From NCBI GenBank assembly GCA_965240325.2, contig OZ251239.1:186001-250000 (forward strand): a stretch of 64,000 bases of DNA. Direction: 5' to 3'. Source of the stretch: Rebecca billardiae RCC1528 (lineage: Eukaryota > Protista > Haptophyta). The position numbers were made by a program, and so were the translations under genes. The notes beneath the pieces are model-generated. The model was not told where the DNA came from. It saw only the letters and a list, made by a program, of their open reading frames with translations, and made no database searches. Positions 43,668-54,750 of the stretch are shown here, piece after piece. How positions within the stretch are numbered: position 1 is the first letter of the stretch; each line of letters opens with the position of its first letter.

Positions 43668-45299
43668 GGGGGGGGGGGGGGGCTGCGCAAGCTCTAGGCT
43701 GGCAGGCTGGCAGCCGCAGGGGCGCGGGGTGCAGGCACCCCGACTTCAGCAGGCCCATGGTTGGGTGCTTCGCGCAGGCGCGCGCCGCGGGCCGCCCGGG
43801 CTGGCTGTCACAGTGTAGTGCAAGTCACAGCAAGCGGGTAGGCCCGAGAACTCTGGAGAGCGCGCCTGCGGCGCAGGGAGTCGGACCGCGTGGCCCAGGC
43901 GCAGTGCCGTCCGTGGTCGTGGACTGCGGCTCGGCGGACCGCAATTGCCAACCAATTGTCGCCCCCCCCACTGCATGGGCGGACGAAGTGCGGACAGGTT
44001 ACGGTGACGGCTATAAAATCGATCAAACAGCGGGGGCCTGGCGGCCTTGTCCCGGTGGGGCTGGTCGAACACAGCGCGTCTAGGACGCGACGGAGAAGCT
44101 TCCCATGGCCGGCAGACCCGACGACGATGGGACGAGTTGGCCGTAGTTCAGCGCAGTGTAGAACGGTATCATCCCGCGGTGGCGCGCCACCGTCGCGCGT
44201 GCGATTACTAGGCCGCCGGATTAAGCCAGGCACGGCAGCGAAGTCTAACTTCTGCCGAGTTCTGCAAGGCCCACCGAGGCGCACGGCGAGGCGCGCGTCG
44301 ATGCAGTCGTCGCTGCGCACGGCCGCTCGGGCACGACGGCACGGCAACGGCACGCACCGCGGATGGCCCACCGGTCTGCAGGCGCGGGGCGACTGCAGGC
44401 GCGGGGCGAGCGGCGCAGGCCGGCAGGGCGCCAGGGCACAACCGACTGCCAGCGTAGACTCCTGCAGCCGTCGCTGAGCACGGTCCGTCGGGCACGACGT
44501 GGTACGAGCGGTTCGCGTCGGTGTGCATGTTGTGTTGTGCAGCTCGCGCCGGCGGGCACGCACCTCCACGATGGCGCCGCGAGCCGCGGGCGGCGCGGGT
44601 GACGGACGAGCCAGGGCGAGACAGTAGTAGTCGGGCAAGTCGGCGAGAGGGTGGCTTATGGTAGGCTTGTGGTACGAGCTTCTCCATGAGCCCGTTCGTG
44701 CACGTCATCTGATGCGGTTGCGGCTGCTTGATCGCCGCCACGTGCCGCTGGATCTCCGCCAGATTGGCGCAGTTCCTCGCGACGCCGACGATGGCATCTG
44801 GCTGGCGCTGGGTACAGGCGGAGGCCCGCGCGGAGCTCAGATCCTCGTTGAGCGCATGTGTGCGAGCGCGAGTGCCGGCAGCGTCGTCGAGCCACGCCGG
44901 CTGAGCGCTATCTGCGTGTCGCGCGCGGCCTTATTCGCCTCCTGCAGCAGCGCGCGCTCGTCCGTCATACTCAATCGTGTGTGCCGAGCGCACGCGCGGC
45001 GCGGCGGCGAAAGCACTCGTGCGTCGCGGTTCCTCGACTTGGGGAGCGGCGGATGGTCGTAGAAAAGCGTCAACAAATAGGTGGGAATCGCAACGACATC
45101 CCTATGGCGCGCGCTCAAAAAGGTAACGACATGCGTTCTCGATTCCCGAGGCGTGCCTAATCAAAAAACGTGTGCGGCCTCATTCTTCGTATTCCTACTC
45201 AGGTATTACTTTGGACAGCAGTACGTCACAACCAATTAAAGGGGGCGTCGGAGCTGGGTCTCCACTCTCCCAGGGCTTTGCTGTCACGAATTAAAACTC

Positions 45300-46590
45300 G
45301 TGCCCTGGCGGGCGGGGGGGTCGGCGGGCCGTGCCAGTGCTGTCGCAATGTATCCTTTGCGGGTTCGCGTCTGCTTTCCACATTCGCTCCGGTGGCCGTC
45401 GGGGTTAATCGGACGGACAGTCGAGTGCAAGGACCAGTGACACGTGAAGTTGGCTCTCTGATGACGTGTACACACGTCTCACGGTCTGTACTCTTAGTAG
45501 TATGCGCATCACTCCATCAGCGAGGCCCACACCCACGAGGGAATCACGAGCGCGTTGACGTTCACGCGGTCGTCGCTTCTCGCCTCTGTTCGGCATGAGG
45601 AGCTGTTGGTTGTGCGCGCGCGCGCGCAAAGCGACAGCGTGTGCCCCTCGCGATCGAGAGTGGGCAAGCGATGCTCACGCGGGCACACGAATCGCAGCGC
45701 ATCCGTCACCGGCGTCACGACTTCCGCCTCGTCCCGCAGCGCCTGCGCCATGGACGAGGATGGCGCGGCGATGTTGCATGCTCGACGTTTCCGTGATCTC
45801 TGTGCGGATGGCATCACTGGCTTGTCTGTGTCGCGCTGCGGCGAGGGTCGCCAACTCGCGAAGACGCGGTTGCTGCCACGGCGACAGACCCGGGAGGTGC
45901 GTCCGCTGCGCGTCGTACGCCGTTGGCGTTGCGCTTCCGTCGCATTGGTCACCGTCGACGCCATGCAGGCCGGACGTGGGCTTACAGTATCGGCTGAGGG
46001 ACCGGACCGCGAGCGAGGACTGAGTCCGGTGCGCGGATTCCGGCGATCGTGTTCAGAAGGCCGCGCCAAATCTTGCCTCGCGCGCGATGGCGCTTCCCGC
46101 CCGCGAGACACCTCGTGATGAGGGCCTTTCCGCACCGAGCCCGACGCGCGACGGTGAATCGAGCGAGGCCGCCATCGTGCGCATCGCTTGCTACTATGGC
46201 CGGTGCGAGCGCTCAACGTGCAAGTCGGGCGAGGACCGCCCCAGGTCGCACGATCGTGTCGACGCGCCGAGCGTACCTCCAAACGCGTCGACTTTGGCCC
46301 TCGTTCGACCTGCACGCGAGACGACGAGGGCAGCAATCGCGAATCGGGCGAAATCACGTCTCGGGAGTCTTCTCACGATGTCCGCGCCGGTGTTGGATTT
46401 GGCGCGCGCGGCCCACGCGCTCCGCGCCATGCGGAAGATGGTTTTCGGCCGAGCGTCCCCAGTGGGAGCTGCGAGGGCGCCCGGTAGTGAGCGAGGCGAT
46501 TTTCTTTTCTTGGCGAGGCAATTTTCTTTTTTCTTTTTCTTTTTCTTATCTTTTTCCCGGGCACTACAAGGGGCGGACCTACGGCCCGCC
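45300..46590 (-). mobile_element. Dispersed element, copy 3 of 3 (internal ~260-bp deletion)
   Basis: Colinear with 6081-7614 including both ends; lacks the equivalent of 6299-6560. Confidence 0.85.
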
Positions 46591-46758
46591 AAATTGTTTA
46601 AAGCTGATGTGTTCACCAGAATATTATTTGTTTACTGTATCATCGTGTATATATATATATATATTCCGCAGCATCGGCCGGCATCATATGCGCTATCGCT
46701 ATGGTATGGTCGTTCACGATGCGAAGCCGGGTCACCCCGCCCAAAGTCGACTGCTGCT

Positions 46759-49131
46759 TCAGTGCTTGGCATCCCGCATACTCTGCAAGATAGCACGCGA
46801 GCGTGCAGTAAATGTGCGCACCGCGCCGTCAAAGACAGCGGCTGCGTCCACCTTTGTGGGCGCGCTTGGCGAGGAGACGTTGCTGAGGATGCGCTCGAGC
46901 TCTGCGCGTTGGCTAATCATCGTCGTTTGGAATCGAACGTGCAACGTATAGTTGCTGAGCCTGGCGTGCTGCGTGAGGGTGAAGCCGACGTGCTGCAGGC
47001 ACAGCCCAAGCCCTAAGTCCTGCGCGGTTTTCCGTCCCTTGAGGACCTCCAGCCGTAGGCACTTGGCCCACGCCGCCTCTGGGACCGCGTCGACCAGCCC
47101 TCGGCTGATGGCCACGCCCGTGCCCCCGTACGGCCAGAACAGGTGCGGCGCGTGCAAAGTGGCGATGCGGTGCTTGGGCGGCAGGCGGCAGGCGGCTGCA
47201 GCGTCACTGCAGCAGCGCCACGCCTCCGCCTCGCGCGCCTCGCTGCGGCTCGGGCGACACTTTCGCATCGCCTCGGAGCTGAACACGGTGCGGTTGAGCA
47301 GCCCGTGGACCGTAGAGAGCGCGAGCGGCACGCGCGCGTCCACGCCCGCGAGCCCGGCGCGCAGCCCGTCGACCATGACGAGCGTGTCGTCGTCGCCCAG
47401 CAGCAGCCAGTCCCAGTCCCACCCAGCGCCAGCGGTGGCACCGCTGCCCGCGCCGCCGCCGCCGCTGTCGGCGTGTCGCGTGCGGTTGGCCACGGCGACG
47501 GCACTCACCCAGCGTCGCGCGTAGCAGGCGCGGGCGTCGTCAGCCGAAGGGCAGTCGTCACCACAGTGCGTGAGGCCTGCATTGAGTGCCGCCTGGCCGG
47601 CGCACTCCACGTCGCCCATCCACAGCCGGCGCACCTCCAGCCGCTCGCTGGGAAGCGGCGGGAACTCGCTTGCCAGCGCGCGCTGCTCACGCAGCAGCGC
47701 GTACCGGCTGGCGGTGCCCGTCAGGGCGATGAGCACACGCAGCGGCGGCGAGGGCGAGGGCGGCAGGGGCGGCGATGGGACGCGCTGCGCGCGCTCGGCA
47801 GCTAGCCAGGGCGGTCCCGACGCGGACGACGGCGATGGGGCGCGCTGGGCGCGCTCGTTCCGCAACCTCTGCAAGACAGCACGCGAGCGTGCAGCAAATG
47901 TGCGCACCGCGCCGTCAAAGATAGCGGCTGCGTCCACCTTTGTGGGCGCGCTTGGCGAGGAGACGTTGCTGAGGATGCGCTCGAGCTCTGCGTGTTGGCT
48001 CGTCATCATCGTTTGGAATCGAACGTGCTTAGTATAGTTGATGAGCCTGGCGTGCTGCGTGAGGGTGAAGCCGACGTGCTGCAGGCAAAGCCCGAACCCT
48101 ACGTCCTGCGGGACGTTCCGTCTTTTGAGGACCCCCAGCCGTAGGCACTTGGCCCACGCCGCCTCTGGGACCGCGTCGACCAGCCCTCGGCTGATGGCCA
48201 CGCCCGTGCCCCCGTACGGCCAGAACAGGGGCGGCGTGTGCACAGCGGCGATGCGGTGCTCGGGCGGCAGGCTGCAGGCGGCTGCCGCGTCAGTGCAGCA
48301 GCGCCACGCCTCCACCTTGCGCGCCTCGCTGCGGCTCGGGCGACACTCTCGCATCGCCCAGGCGCTGGAGTGTATCGTGTAGTGCGCGCCGTCCTTGCTG
48401 CTGTTGAGCAGCCCGTGGACCGCAGAGAGCGCGAGCGGCACGCGCGCGTCCACGCCAGCGAGCCCGGCGCGCAGCCCGTCGACCATGACGAGCGTGTCGT
48501 CGTCGCCCAGCAGCAGCCAGTCCCAGTCCCACCCAGCGCCAGCGGTGGCACCGCTGCCCGCGCCGCCGCCGCCGCTGTCGGCGTGTCGCGTGCGGTTGGC
48601 CACGGCGACGGCACTCACCCAGCGTCGCGCGTAGCAGGCGCGGGCGTCGTCAGCCGAAGGGCAGTCGTCACCACAGTGCGTGAGGCTGGCATCGAGTGCC
48701 GCCTGGCCGGCGCACTCCACGTCGCCCATCCACAGCCGGCGCACCTCCAGCCGCTCGCTGGGAAGCGGCGGGAACTCGGCTGCCAGCGCGCGCTGCTCAC
48801 GCAGCAGCGCGTACCGGCTGGCGGTGCCCGTCAGGGCGATGAGCACACGCAGTGGCGGCGAGGACGAGGGCAGCAATGGCGGCGATGGGACGCGCTGGGC
48901 GCGCTCGGCGGCTGCCCCGGGCGGTTCCGGCGCGGACGACGGCGACCACACCGCTGCTACCGCTGCCACGCGCCCTGCAGCCAGCAGACCCAACCCGGCG
49001 TGCGGGGCGAAGAAGGAGAGGTAGCACGTCGCGCCCACCCGCAGCCGGCCGCTCGGGTCGCACGCCAGCGCGGCCAAGCACACAAGCGCCGTGCGCGACA
49101 TCCGTCCTGCTGCCTCTCGCGACCGCGGCAT
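46759..49131 (-). CDS. Fringe/GT31-like glycosyltransferase with two tandem near-identical catalytic domains
   Basis: Hydrophobic N-terminus; WDWLLLGDDDTLV, WPYGGTGVAISRGL and QDxGxGLCL each occur twice; ~1.1 kb DNA duplication. Confidence 0.85.
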   Translation of the reverse strand: MPRSREAAGRMSRTALVCLAALACDPSGRLRVGATCYLSFFAPHAGLGLLAAGRVAAVAAVWSPSSAPEPPGAAAERAQRVPSPPLLPSSSPPLRVLIALTGTASRYALLREQRALAAEFPPLPSERLEVRRLWMGDVECAGQAALDASLTHCGDDCPSADDARACYARRWVSAVAVANRTRHADSGGGGAGSGATAGAGWDWDWLLLGDDDTLVMVDGLRAGLAGVDARVPLALSAVHGLLNSSKDGAHYTIHSSAWAMRECRPSRSEARKVEAWRCCTDAAAACSLPPEHRIAAVHTPPLFWPYGGTGVAISRGLVDAVPEAAWAKCLRLGVLKRRNVPQDVGFGLCLQHVGFTLTQHARLINYTKHVRFQTMMTSQHAELERILSNVSSPSAPTKVDAAAIFDGAVRTFAARSRAVLQRLRNERAQRAPSPSSASGPPWLAAERAQRVPSPPLPPSPSPPLRVLIALTGTASRYALLREQRALASEFPPLPSERLEVRRLWMGDVECAGQAALNAGLTHCGDDCPSADDARACYARRWVSAVAVANRTRHADSGGGGAGSGATAGAGWDWDWLLLGDDDTLVMVDGLRAGLAGVDARVPLALSTVHGLLNRTVFSSEAMRKCRPSRSEAREAEAWRCCSDAAAACRLPPKHRIATLHAPHLFWPYGGTGVAISRGLVDAVPEAAWAKCLRLEVLKGRKTAQDLGLGLCLQHVGFTLTQHARLSNYTLHVRFQTTMISQRAELERILSNVSSPSAPTKVDAAAVFDGAVRTFTARSRAILQSMRDAKH

Positions 49132-49361
49132 GGAGGCTCGCCCGCCGCCGGGCCGGCTGCCAGCGTATGTCGTCACTGAAACTTCACTGTTGGACCCACA
49201 AAGTAATGTACCACCAGTAGTATGGATACAGTTTAATAGTTTATTACTGCTATGTTTTAACGTACAGTCACGTTAAATCATAGTATACTGTACGTAGTAT
49301 TCAGATTTCGATCGTCATCTGATGTACCGGTACGGTCCTGCTAGGACCGTCTCTGCTCGAA

Positions 49362-50693
49362 TCAGCCACCTTGATGCGCCGCGACGCATCGGACGTGCAC
49401 GCACGAGGGCCCCGAGGCGGCGTACTCTGCGCGCGAGATCCACATCTGCGCAAAGTCTGGCAGCGCGCTCAGCAGCGCGCCGCCCTGCCACGGCAGCATT
49501 TCGCGGCCGGCGGCGGCGTGCACCCGCACGTGCGCAGAGGCGGGGGCGCCGGCCGCGACGTCGCGCTCGAGGCGCTGCGCGAGCCCCGCGGCGTTGCTCG
49601 TGCCCCCGCTCAGCAGGATCGACCTGTACAGGTCCCGGCGCACGTCGATCCCCGAGGAGAGCACAGCGCCGAGCACGCACTCCGTCAGACCGGGCTCCTC
49701 GCGGCCGACGAGCGACGGAGCGAACAGCGCCTCCATGCACCGGAATCGCTCGGACGTGAGCGGCAGCAGCTGGCCGTCTGGCAGCTCGTAGTCTACCAGC
49801 GCGGGCGGCGCGTCCGCCGCGGCGGGGCCCGCCTCCGCCGCGGAAGCGGCCGCGCGTGACGCCGCGCCTGCGCGCGCCGCGCCCTCGCCCGTGCCGCCGT
49901 CCTCCTCCTCCTCCCTCGACTTGTGCGCTCGCACGACCGGCTCTGCGCCAAAGCGCAGCCACTCCGCGTCCGGGTCGAGCGCGACGTACGCGTGCTCGCA
50001 CTTGATGCGCGAGACGAGCTCGAGCTCGTCCGCCGTGTTGAAGTAGTGCCCCTTCTCCGTCAGCAGCCGCGCGAGGTACTCCGTGAGCTGCGCGCCCGCG
50101 ATGCCAAGCCGGCGGATCGCGTGCGGCAGAACAAACCCCTCCCAGATCGGCACGACGTGCGAGACCGATGCGCCGAGGTCGACGACGAGCGCGGTGGTGC
50201 GCCCCGAGGCGAAGGCGGCGAGGACGGGCTGCACGGCCACGTACGCCGCGGGCGCGCCGAACACATCGAAGCACCGCCGCACCAGCTGCTCGCGGTGCGC
50301 GCGCGGGTTGAGGGGCGGCTCCGTCACGATCATGGGCATTGAGGACGAGTCCACGCCGAGCGCGGTGAAGCAGTGGCGCCACACGTCCTCGAGCGCGTCC
50401 CAATCGGTCACGAGGCTGCGCACGATCGGGCGCACGAGCTCGAGCACGCCGCGCCTGTCGAGCGCCTCGTCGCCCACGTACACGCGCGATTTGTCCGTCT
50501 CCTCAACGCGTGTCGCCGTGGGCACGCGGCCGACTTTGACCGGGGCGTTGGCGCGCGCGATGACCGTGCGCACGGTGAGCGATGGCTCGTCCTCCCCGCT
50601 GAAGCCGACGCGCGTGCACTCCGCGCCGCTGTCGACGACGAGCACGTCCGCCTCGCCGACATCGAACTCGTCCTCAACGGCCGCCGCCGCCAT
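49362..50693 (-). CDS. Actin-related protein (divergent actin)
   Basis: LVVDSG...GFSGEDEP, YVGDEA, TEPPLNP, GRTTALVVDLG, YELPDG, ERFRC.EALF.P, DVRRDLY..ILLSGG and MWISRAEY. Confidence 0.93.
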   Translation of the reverse strand: MAAAAVEDEFDVGEADVLVVDSGAECTRVGFSGEDEPSLTVRTVIARANAPVKVGRVPTATRVEETDKSRVYVGDEALDRRGVLELVRPIVRSLVTDWDALEDVWRHCFTALGVDSSSMPMIVTEPPLNPRAHREQLVRRCFDVFGAPAAYVAVQPVLAAFASGRTTALVVDLGASVSHVVPIWEGFVLPHAIRRLGIAGAQLTEYLARLLTEKGHYFNTADELELVSRIKCEHAYVALDPDAEWLRFGAEPVVRAHKSREEEEDGGTGEGAARAGAASRAAASAAEAGPAAADAPPALVDYELPDGQLLPLTSERFRCMEALFAPSLVGREEPGLTECVLGAVLSSGIDVRRDLYRSILLSGGTSNAAGLAQRLERDVAAGAPASAHVRVHAAAGREMLPWQGGALLSALPDFAQMWISRAEYAASGPSCVHVRCVAAHQGG

Positions 50694-50797
50694 CGCTCCG
50701 CGGATGAAATAAACAATTACAGGGGGTGCCAGATGAAGTTATTTCCCACTGTCTTCGGAAGGGAAGCCATGGCGGGCCCGTCCCAACGCGATCTAAG

Positions 50798-51066
50798 CAA
50801 GGGGCTTACAAAATACCACTGGGGGCGAAAGCGCCAGTGAGGAGCCCCGTCGGATGCGAGGCTCTTGAGACGGATAGTGTCCGGGAGCTCGTATGAAAAA
50901 AAGACCGGAATGCCTTGAAAGAATGCGAGATGGCTCGACAGATTACCCGCTTTCCCGGATTCAATCTTCCCCCACAGTGTTTTCCACTGACCGGACACTG
51001 TCCGTCTCAGGAGCCTCGCATCCGACAGCTGTGTTTCGCCCCCAGTGGTATTTTGTAAGCCCCTTG
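50798..51066. mobile_element. 269-bp MITE with perfect 33-bp terminal inverted repeats and 7-bp TSD ATCTAAG
   Basis: CAAGGGGCTTACAAAATACCACTGGGGGCGAAA and its exact reverse complement; inner ~36-bp inverted repeat pair; ATCTAAG at 50791-50797 and 51067-51073. Confidence 0.93.
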
Positions 51067-52002
51067 ATCTAAGGCCCCAGCGCCACGGCCCGGTCACTGG
51101 GGCGTGGCGTAGGCAGGTCGGCGTCGCCGTACGAGCGCGTGCGCGTGAATGACAGCTTCCCTTCCGACTTTTCGACCACTCTCACGTCCACGTCCACGAC
51201 CCCGTACGACCGGCGCGCCGGTGAGGTTGCGCATGAGAAGGATGGGCACGGGTAGCGGCCAGGATCACCGTTCTGACGGTCATACTGCCCTCTGGGACAT
51301 GCATTGCGACGGTGCATGCCTGGCGATGGTCCATATGACCCTACAAGCCGTGGATCTGACGAGCAAGGTTGGCTGCGCGGTAGTCGTGCGACCGCCGTCC
51401 GACACGGCTGCCGTGGCGAATACGCTTGGCGTGTGCGCGCCTGTCAACGGCAGGGTGATCAACGACCGGCATGGCTAGCAAGCTGATCAGGACTAGTAAC
51501 AACCTTGTCTGGGACCACGCCACGCCATTTGGCGACCTCGCCACCGCTCAATGCCCGTCCAGAGGCACGGACGTGCCGCACTACCTAGTACCTGGCCAGC
51601 CCGACCGCCCCGCGCCCGCCACACTCGTACTGAACTCAATTCTCAAAGTGTTATTCTAGTTAGTGGGGCCCACCATCTGGACCCCCCTGTAGTAGTCAGA
51701 AGCTCACGCAATAATAATATATATGCTATAGCTACTCAGCAATTTACGTAAGCTACGAACTAGTACCGGTGCATCCTGTACCGACTTCGGATGGGCCCGG
51801 TGATTAAGTCACTTCGTCAGTTTACAATAACTACGTCATCATCACTGTGACCATGCCGATGGAAGGTCCCAGCAGCAGTGTCCGTCGGCGGCCAGCACAT
51901 GTAGTCAAACGTCAATGAATGACATGGTCGTCTTTGCAATTGCAGCGCAGCCTCGCAGCGCAGCCTCATCGTCGTACGCGCCGGATCATCCACGAGCATG
52001 AT

Positions 52003-52962
52003 TCACAAGCGCTCCGAGCCATGCGACGCGCGCGCCACCGCATCCCGCGCGTCGGCGAACGAGGTGCGGCGGCTCGAGCGGCTCGACTTCGCCTTCTTCT
52101 TGTGCCGCAGCTGCACGCAGATGATGGATGCGTCGTCGTCGTCGTGGTTTTTCTCCTTCGCCGAGACGAGCACCGAGCGTGCCAGCCACGCAGATCCCAG
52201 GCGTGGCGCGCGCGACATTTCCACGAGCCGGCTCAGCGTCGGCAGCTCGAGGAAGTCCCAGATGCCGTCCGACGCAAGCACAAGCGTGCCCCCGCCGTCG
52301 GGCCACTCGCGGACCGAGACCTCGGGCACAGCGATGGCGGCTGCCGACGAGTCGGCGTCGCCGATGCTGCGCGTCATCATCAGGCCGCCCGGATACAGCC
52401 GCGTCGGCCCTACCGGCGTCTTGCCGTCGGATGCGGTGGCACGCGCCAGCTTGCCGCCAGCCTTCTGCACGCGCACGAGCTCGGTCTCACTCGCCGCGAC
52501 GATGCGGTGGTCGGCAGAGAGGCACTGACGCTGGTCCTTGGGCTCCGCATCGGCGGGGAAGAAGTAGCACATGCTGTCGCCCACGCTCCCGACCACGATT
52601 CGATCCTCGTCCACGAGCACCACCGTCGCCGTCGTGCCGTCCTTGATGCCGGCTGCGCTCACCTCCTTGTGCAGGCGAGCGAACGCGTCGACGAGAGCGC
52701 GGCGGTAACGCTCCTCCATGCTGGCTTCATGTGCGACGGAGGCTTCGTAGGCGTCGTGCACGTACTGAGAGATCGAGCGCGCGCAAAACCGCGCCGACTC
52801 GGCCCCCCCGTGCCCGTCAAAGACGGCATGCAGCTCCACCACGACGCCGTTGGACAGCTCCATCGTCCCGGAGGCCAGCGCGTCCTCGCCCTTGACCTTC
52901 GAGCGTGCCGCGGCGTGGACGGTGCGCGGACGATGACGCCCGCTCAACGTAAGCCTGGGCAT
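52003..52962 (-). CDS. PP2C/PPM-type protein phosphatase
   Basis: AVFDGHGG, GTTA, VGDS, LSADHR, GGLMMTRSIGD, LASDGIWD and DDASII. Start uncertain. Confidence 0.92.
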   Translation of the reverse strand: MPRLTLSGRHRPRTVHAAARSKVKGEDALASGTMELSNGVVVELHAVFDGHGGAESARFCARSISQYVHDAYEASVAHEASMEERYRRALVDAFARLHKEVSAAGIKDGTTATVVLVDEDRIVVGSVGDSMCYFFPADAEPKDQRQCLSADHRIVAASETELVRVQKAGGKLARATASDGKTPVGPTRLYPGGLMMTRSIGDADSSAAAIAVPEVSVREWPDGGGTLVLASDGIWDFLELPTLSRLVEMSRAPRLGSAWLARSVLVSAKEKNHDDDDASIICVQLRHKKKAKSSRSSRRTSFADARDAVARASHGSERL

Positions 52963-53622
52963 GCTCTGCCGCCGCGGATCCGCCGTGTTGCTCTCCCGCT
53001 CGATCGCCCCATTCTGCGCGCAGCACCACATCGCGAGGCGCCACAGCACGTCCACAATCAACCGGTTGCCGGTTGCTTGGCGGTATCTACGCCTGTTCAC
53101 GGCCGCTGGACGGTAGACAAGGGGAATCTACCTATCGGACTTCCCTGAATCCGTCAACGATCGTTAGACGACTCCATGCAATTTAATTGACGGTCTGTGG
53201 TTCGCGATGCTTCCAACCTTTCCCCTTTTCCGGGAGGTTCTGCTTTCTGTCGTCCGTCCGGCTGTTGTCGCACCCACCGCCACTCGGCGGGGTCCGACGA
53301 AGATCAGCCAGATAGGCCGGTCGTCGACTGAGACGGCAAACAGTGTCACTCTGGAGCGGCTGCGCCGCGCCCGGTACGGGCGGGTGCGGCCGCCACTGTT
53401 ACTACTGAGCCGGGACGGTGTCCCACTAGCTACCGCGCGTCCCAGTCCCCGATAACTGTGACCCGACTCCCGAGTGTCCGTGACCGGGTCTAGGACCCGC
53501 GGCAGTAAGCCGCGCGCCCGACTTGCAAGCGTGATCCGCTGCAAGCGTGCGAGGTCTAGGCGGCCCGCCGAACGAGGCCACGCCGGAACCCTCCCGAGGG
53601 CCGCCGGTCCGTCGTCCGAGAC

Positions 53623-54549
53623 TCAGATGTGCAAGTTGCTGGCAGCGTGCGACATGATGCTGCTCGACTGCTTCGAGCCGCGGCGAGACGACATGCGCGG
53701 AGGCCCGTCGTCGTCCAGCGGGCCGTCGTCGTCCGCTCGCCGGCCGTCGTAGATGCTATCGCTGTACACGAGCATCTCCCGCGCGTGCATCCCGTCCTCG
53801 CCGCCGCCACTCGCCACGGTGGCGCGCGGGTACTCGAGGAACGCGCTGTCGGAGACGCCCGCCGAGCGGCCGCTGAACTGGTCGTGTGGGTCCGGGTCGA
53901 GCATCACGTCGAGCATCGTGCCGGGCCAAAGCGGGAAGCAGCCCACGCAGCTGAAGCGCGGCGGCGCCCTGCGTCCACGGGCCGGCGCCTCCATCTCGCC
54001 GCCGCCGCGCGGACGCGCGGAGCCATCAGGCGCCTCGCCCTCGACGTCCGACTCCCGCGCTCGTCGAGGCGTGGACGAGCGCGAGCCATGCCTGCTGCTG
54101 CTGCGCCTGCTGCCATGCCTGCTTGATCTACCTGATCTGCTCGTCCTCCGCGCCTTGCGGTCGGATCCGTCCGCGCTCGTGGCGCGCCTGGCTGCGCACA
54201 CCCGGAAGAGGACCGCGGCGAACACGGCGAGCGCCACCACCGCGAGCGCAATGACCGCGATGATCCAGCCCGGAGTCGGGTCGTGAAGGTGCGCGTTGCC
54301 GCGCTCCAGCGTGTAGCGCTCGCACTGGTTGAGGAGCACGTATCGCGTGCAGAAGCGCTCGCCGCCGGGCGCGTAGAAGTTGTAGCACACCGGGTTGTGC
54401 GCATCATCCACGCACCACTGGCAGCCCCTGCCGTAGATGACGCCGTCGTCTGCGCTCGTCACGCACTCGTCACACGTCGACGCATTGCACGACAGGGGCG
54501 GCGACGGGTGCGCAGGAGCAGGGGAGACCAGGGCTGTCTCGTTGGCCAT
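53623..54549 (-). CDS. Single-pass membrane protein with a PSI-like Cys-rich ectodomain
   Basis: C...TCDECV...GCQWC...C pattern, TM segment GWIIAVIALAVVALAVFAAVLF and an Arg/Ser-rich tail. Confidence 0.65.
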   Translation of the reverse strand: MANETALVSPAPAHPSPPLSCNASTCDECVTSADDGVIYGRGCQWCVDDAHNPVCYNFYAPGGERFCTRYVLLNQCERYTLERGNAHLHDPTPGWIIAVIALAVVALAVFAAVLFRVCAARRATSADGSDRKARRTSRSGRSSRHGSRRSSSRHGSRSSTPRRARESDVEGEAPDGSARPRGGGEMEAPARGRRAPPRFSCVGCFPLWPGTMLDVMLDPDPHDQFSGRSAGVSDSAFLEYPRATVASGGGEDGMHAREMLVYSDSIYDGRRADDDGPLDDDGPPRMSSRRGSKQSSSIMSHAASNLHI

Positions 54550-54750
54550 TGGCTGCCACGCGAGCACAGGCCACACGCCCGGCGCCCAGCGGCCCGAGAG
54601 CGCGCCGAGCCGCCGGCTTGATGGGCACCAACGTTGAACGTGCGCCCGCGCCGCTCAGTGCTCGCGGCCGTGCACAGTCCGAGAAAATTCGAGCTCATCC
54701 TGTGACTCTGACGGGGACTCGGCGGGCGGTCTGGAACGAACCGCCGCACG

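Noticed and set aside
43700-45160. Possible gene upstream of element copy 3
   Set aside because: Only short frame-broken ORFs with no recognisable motif.
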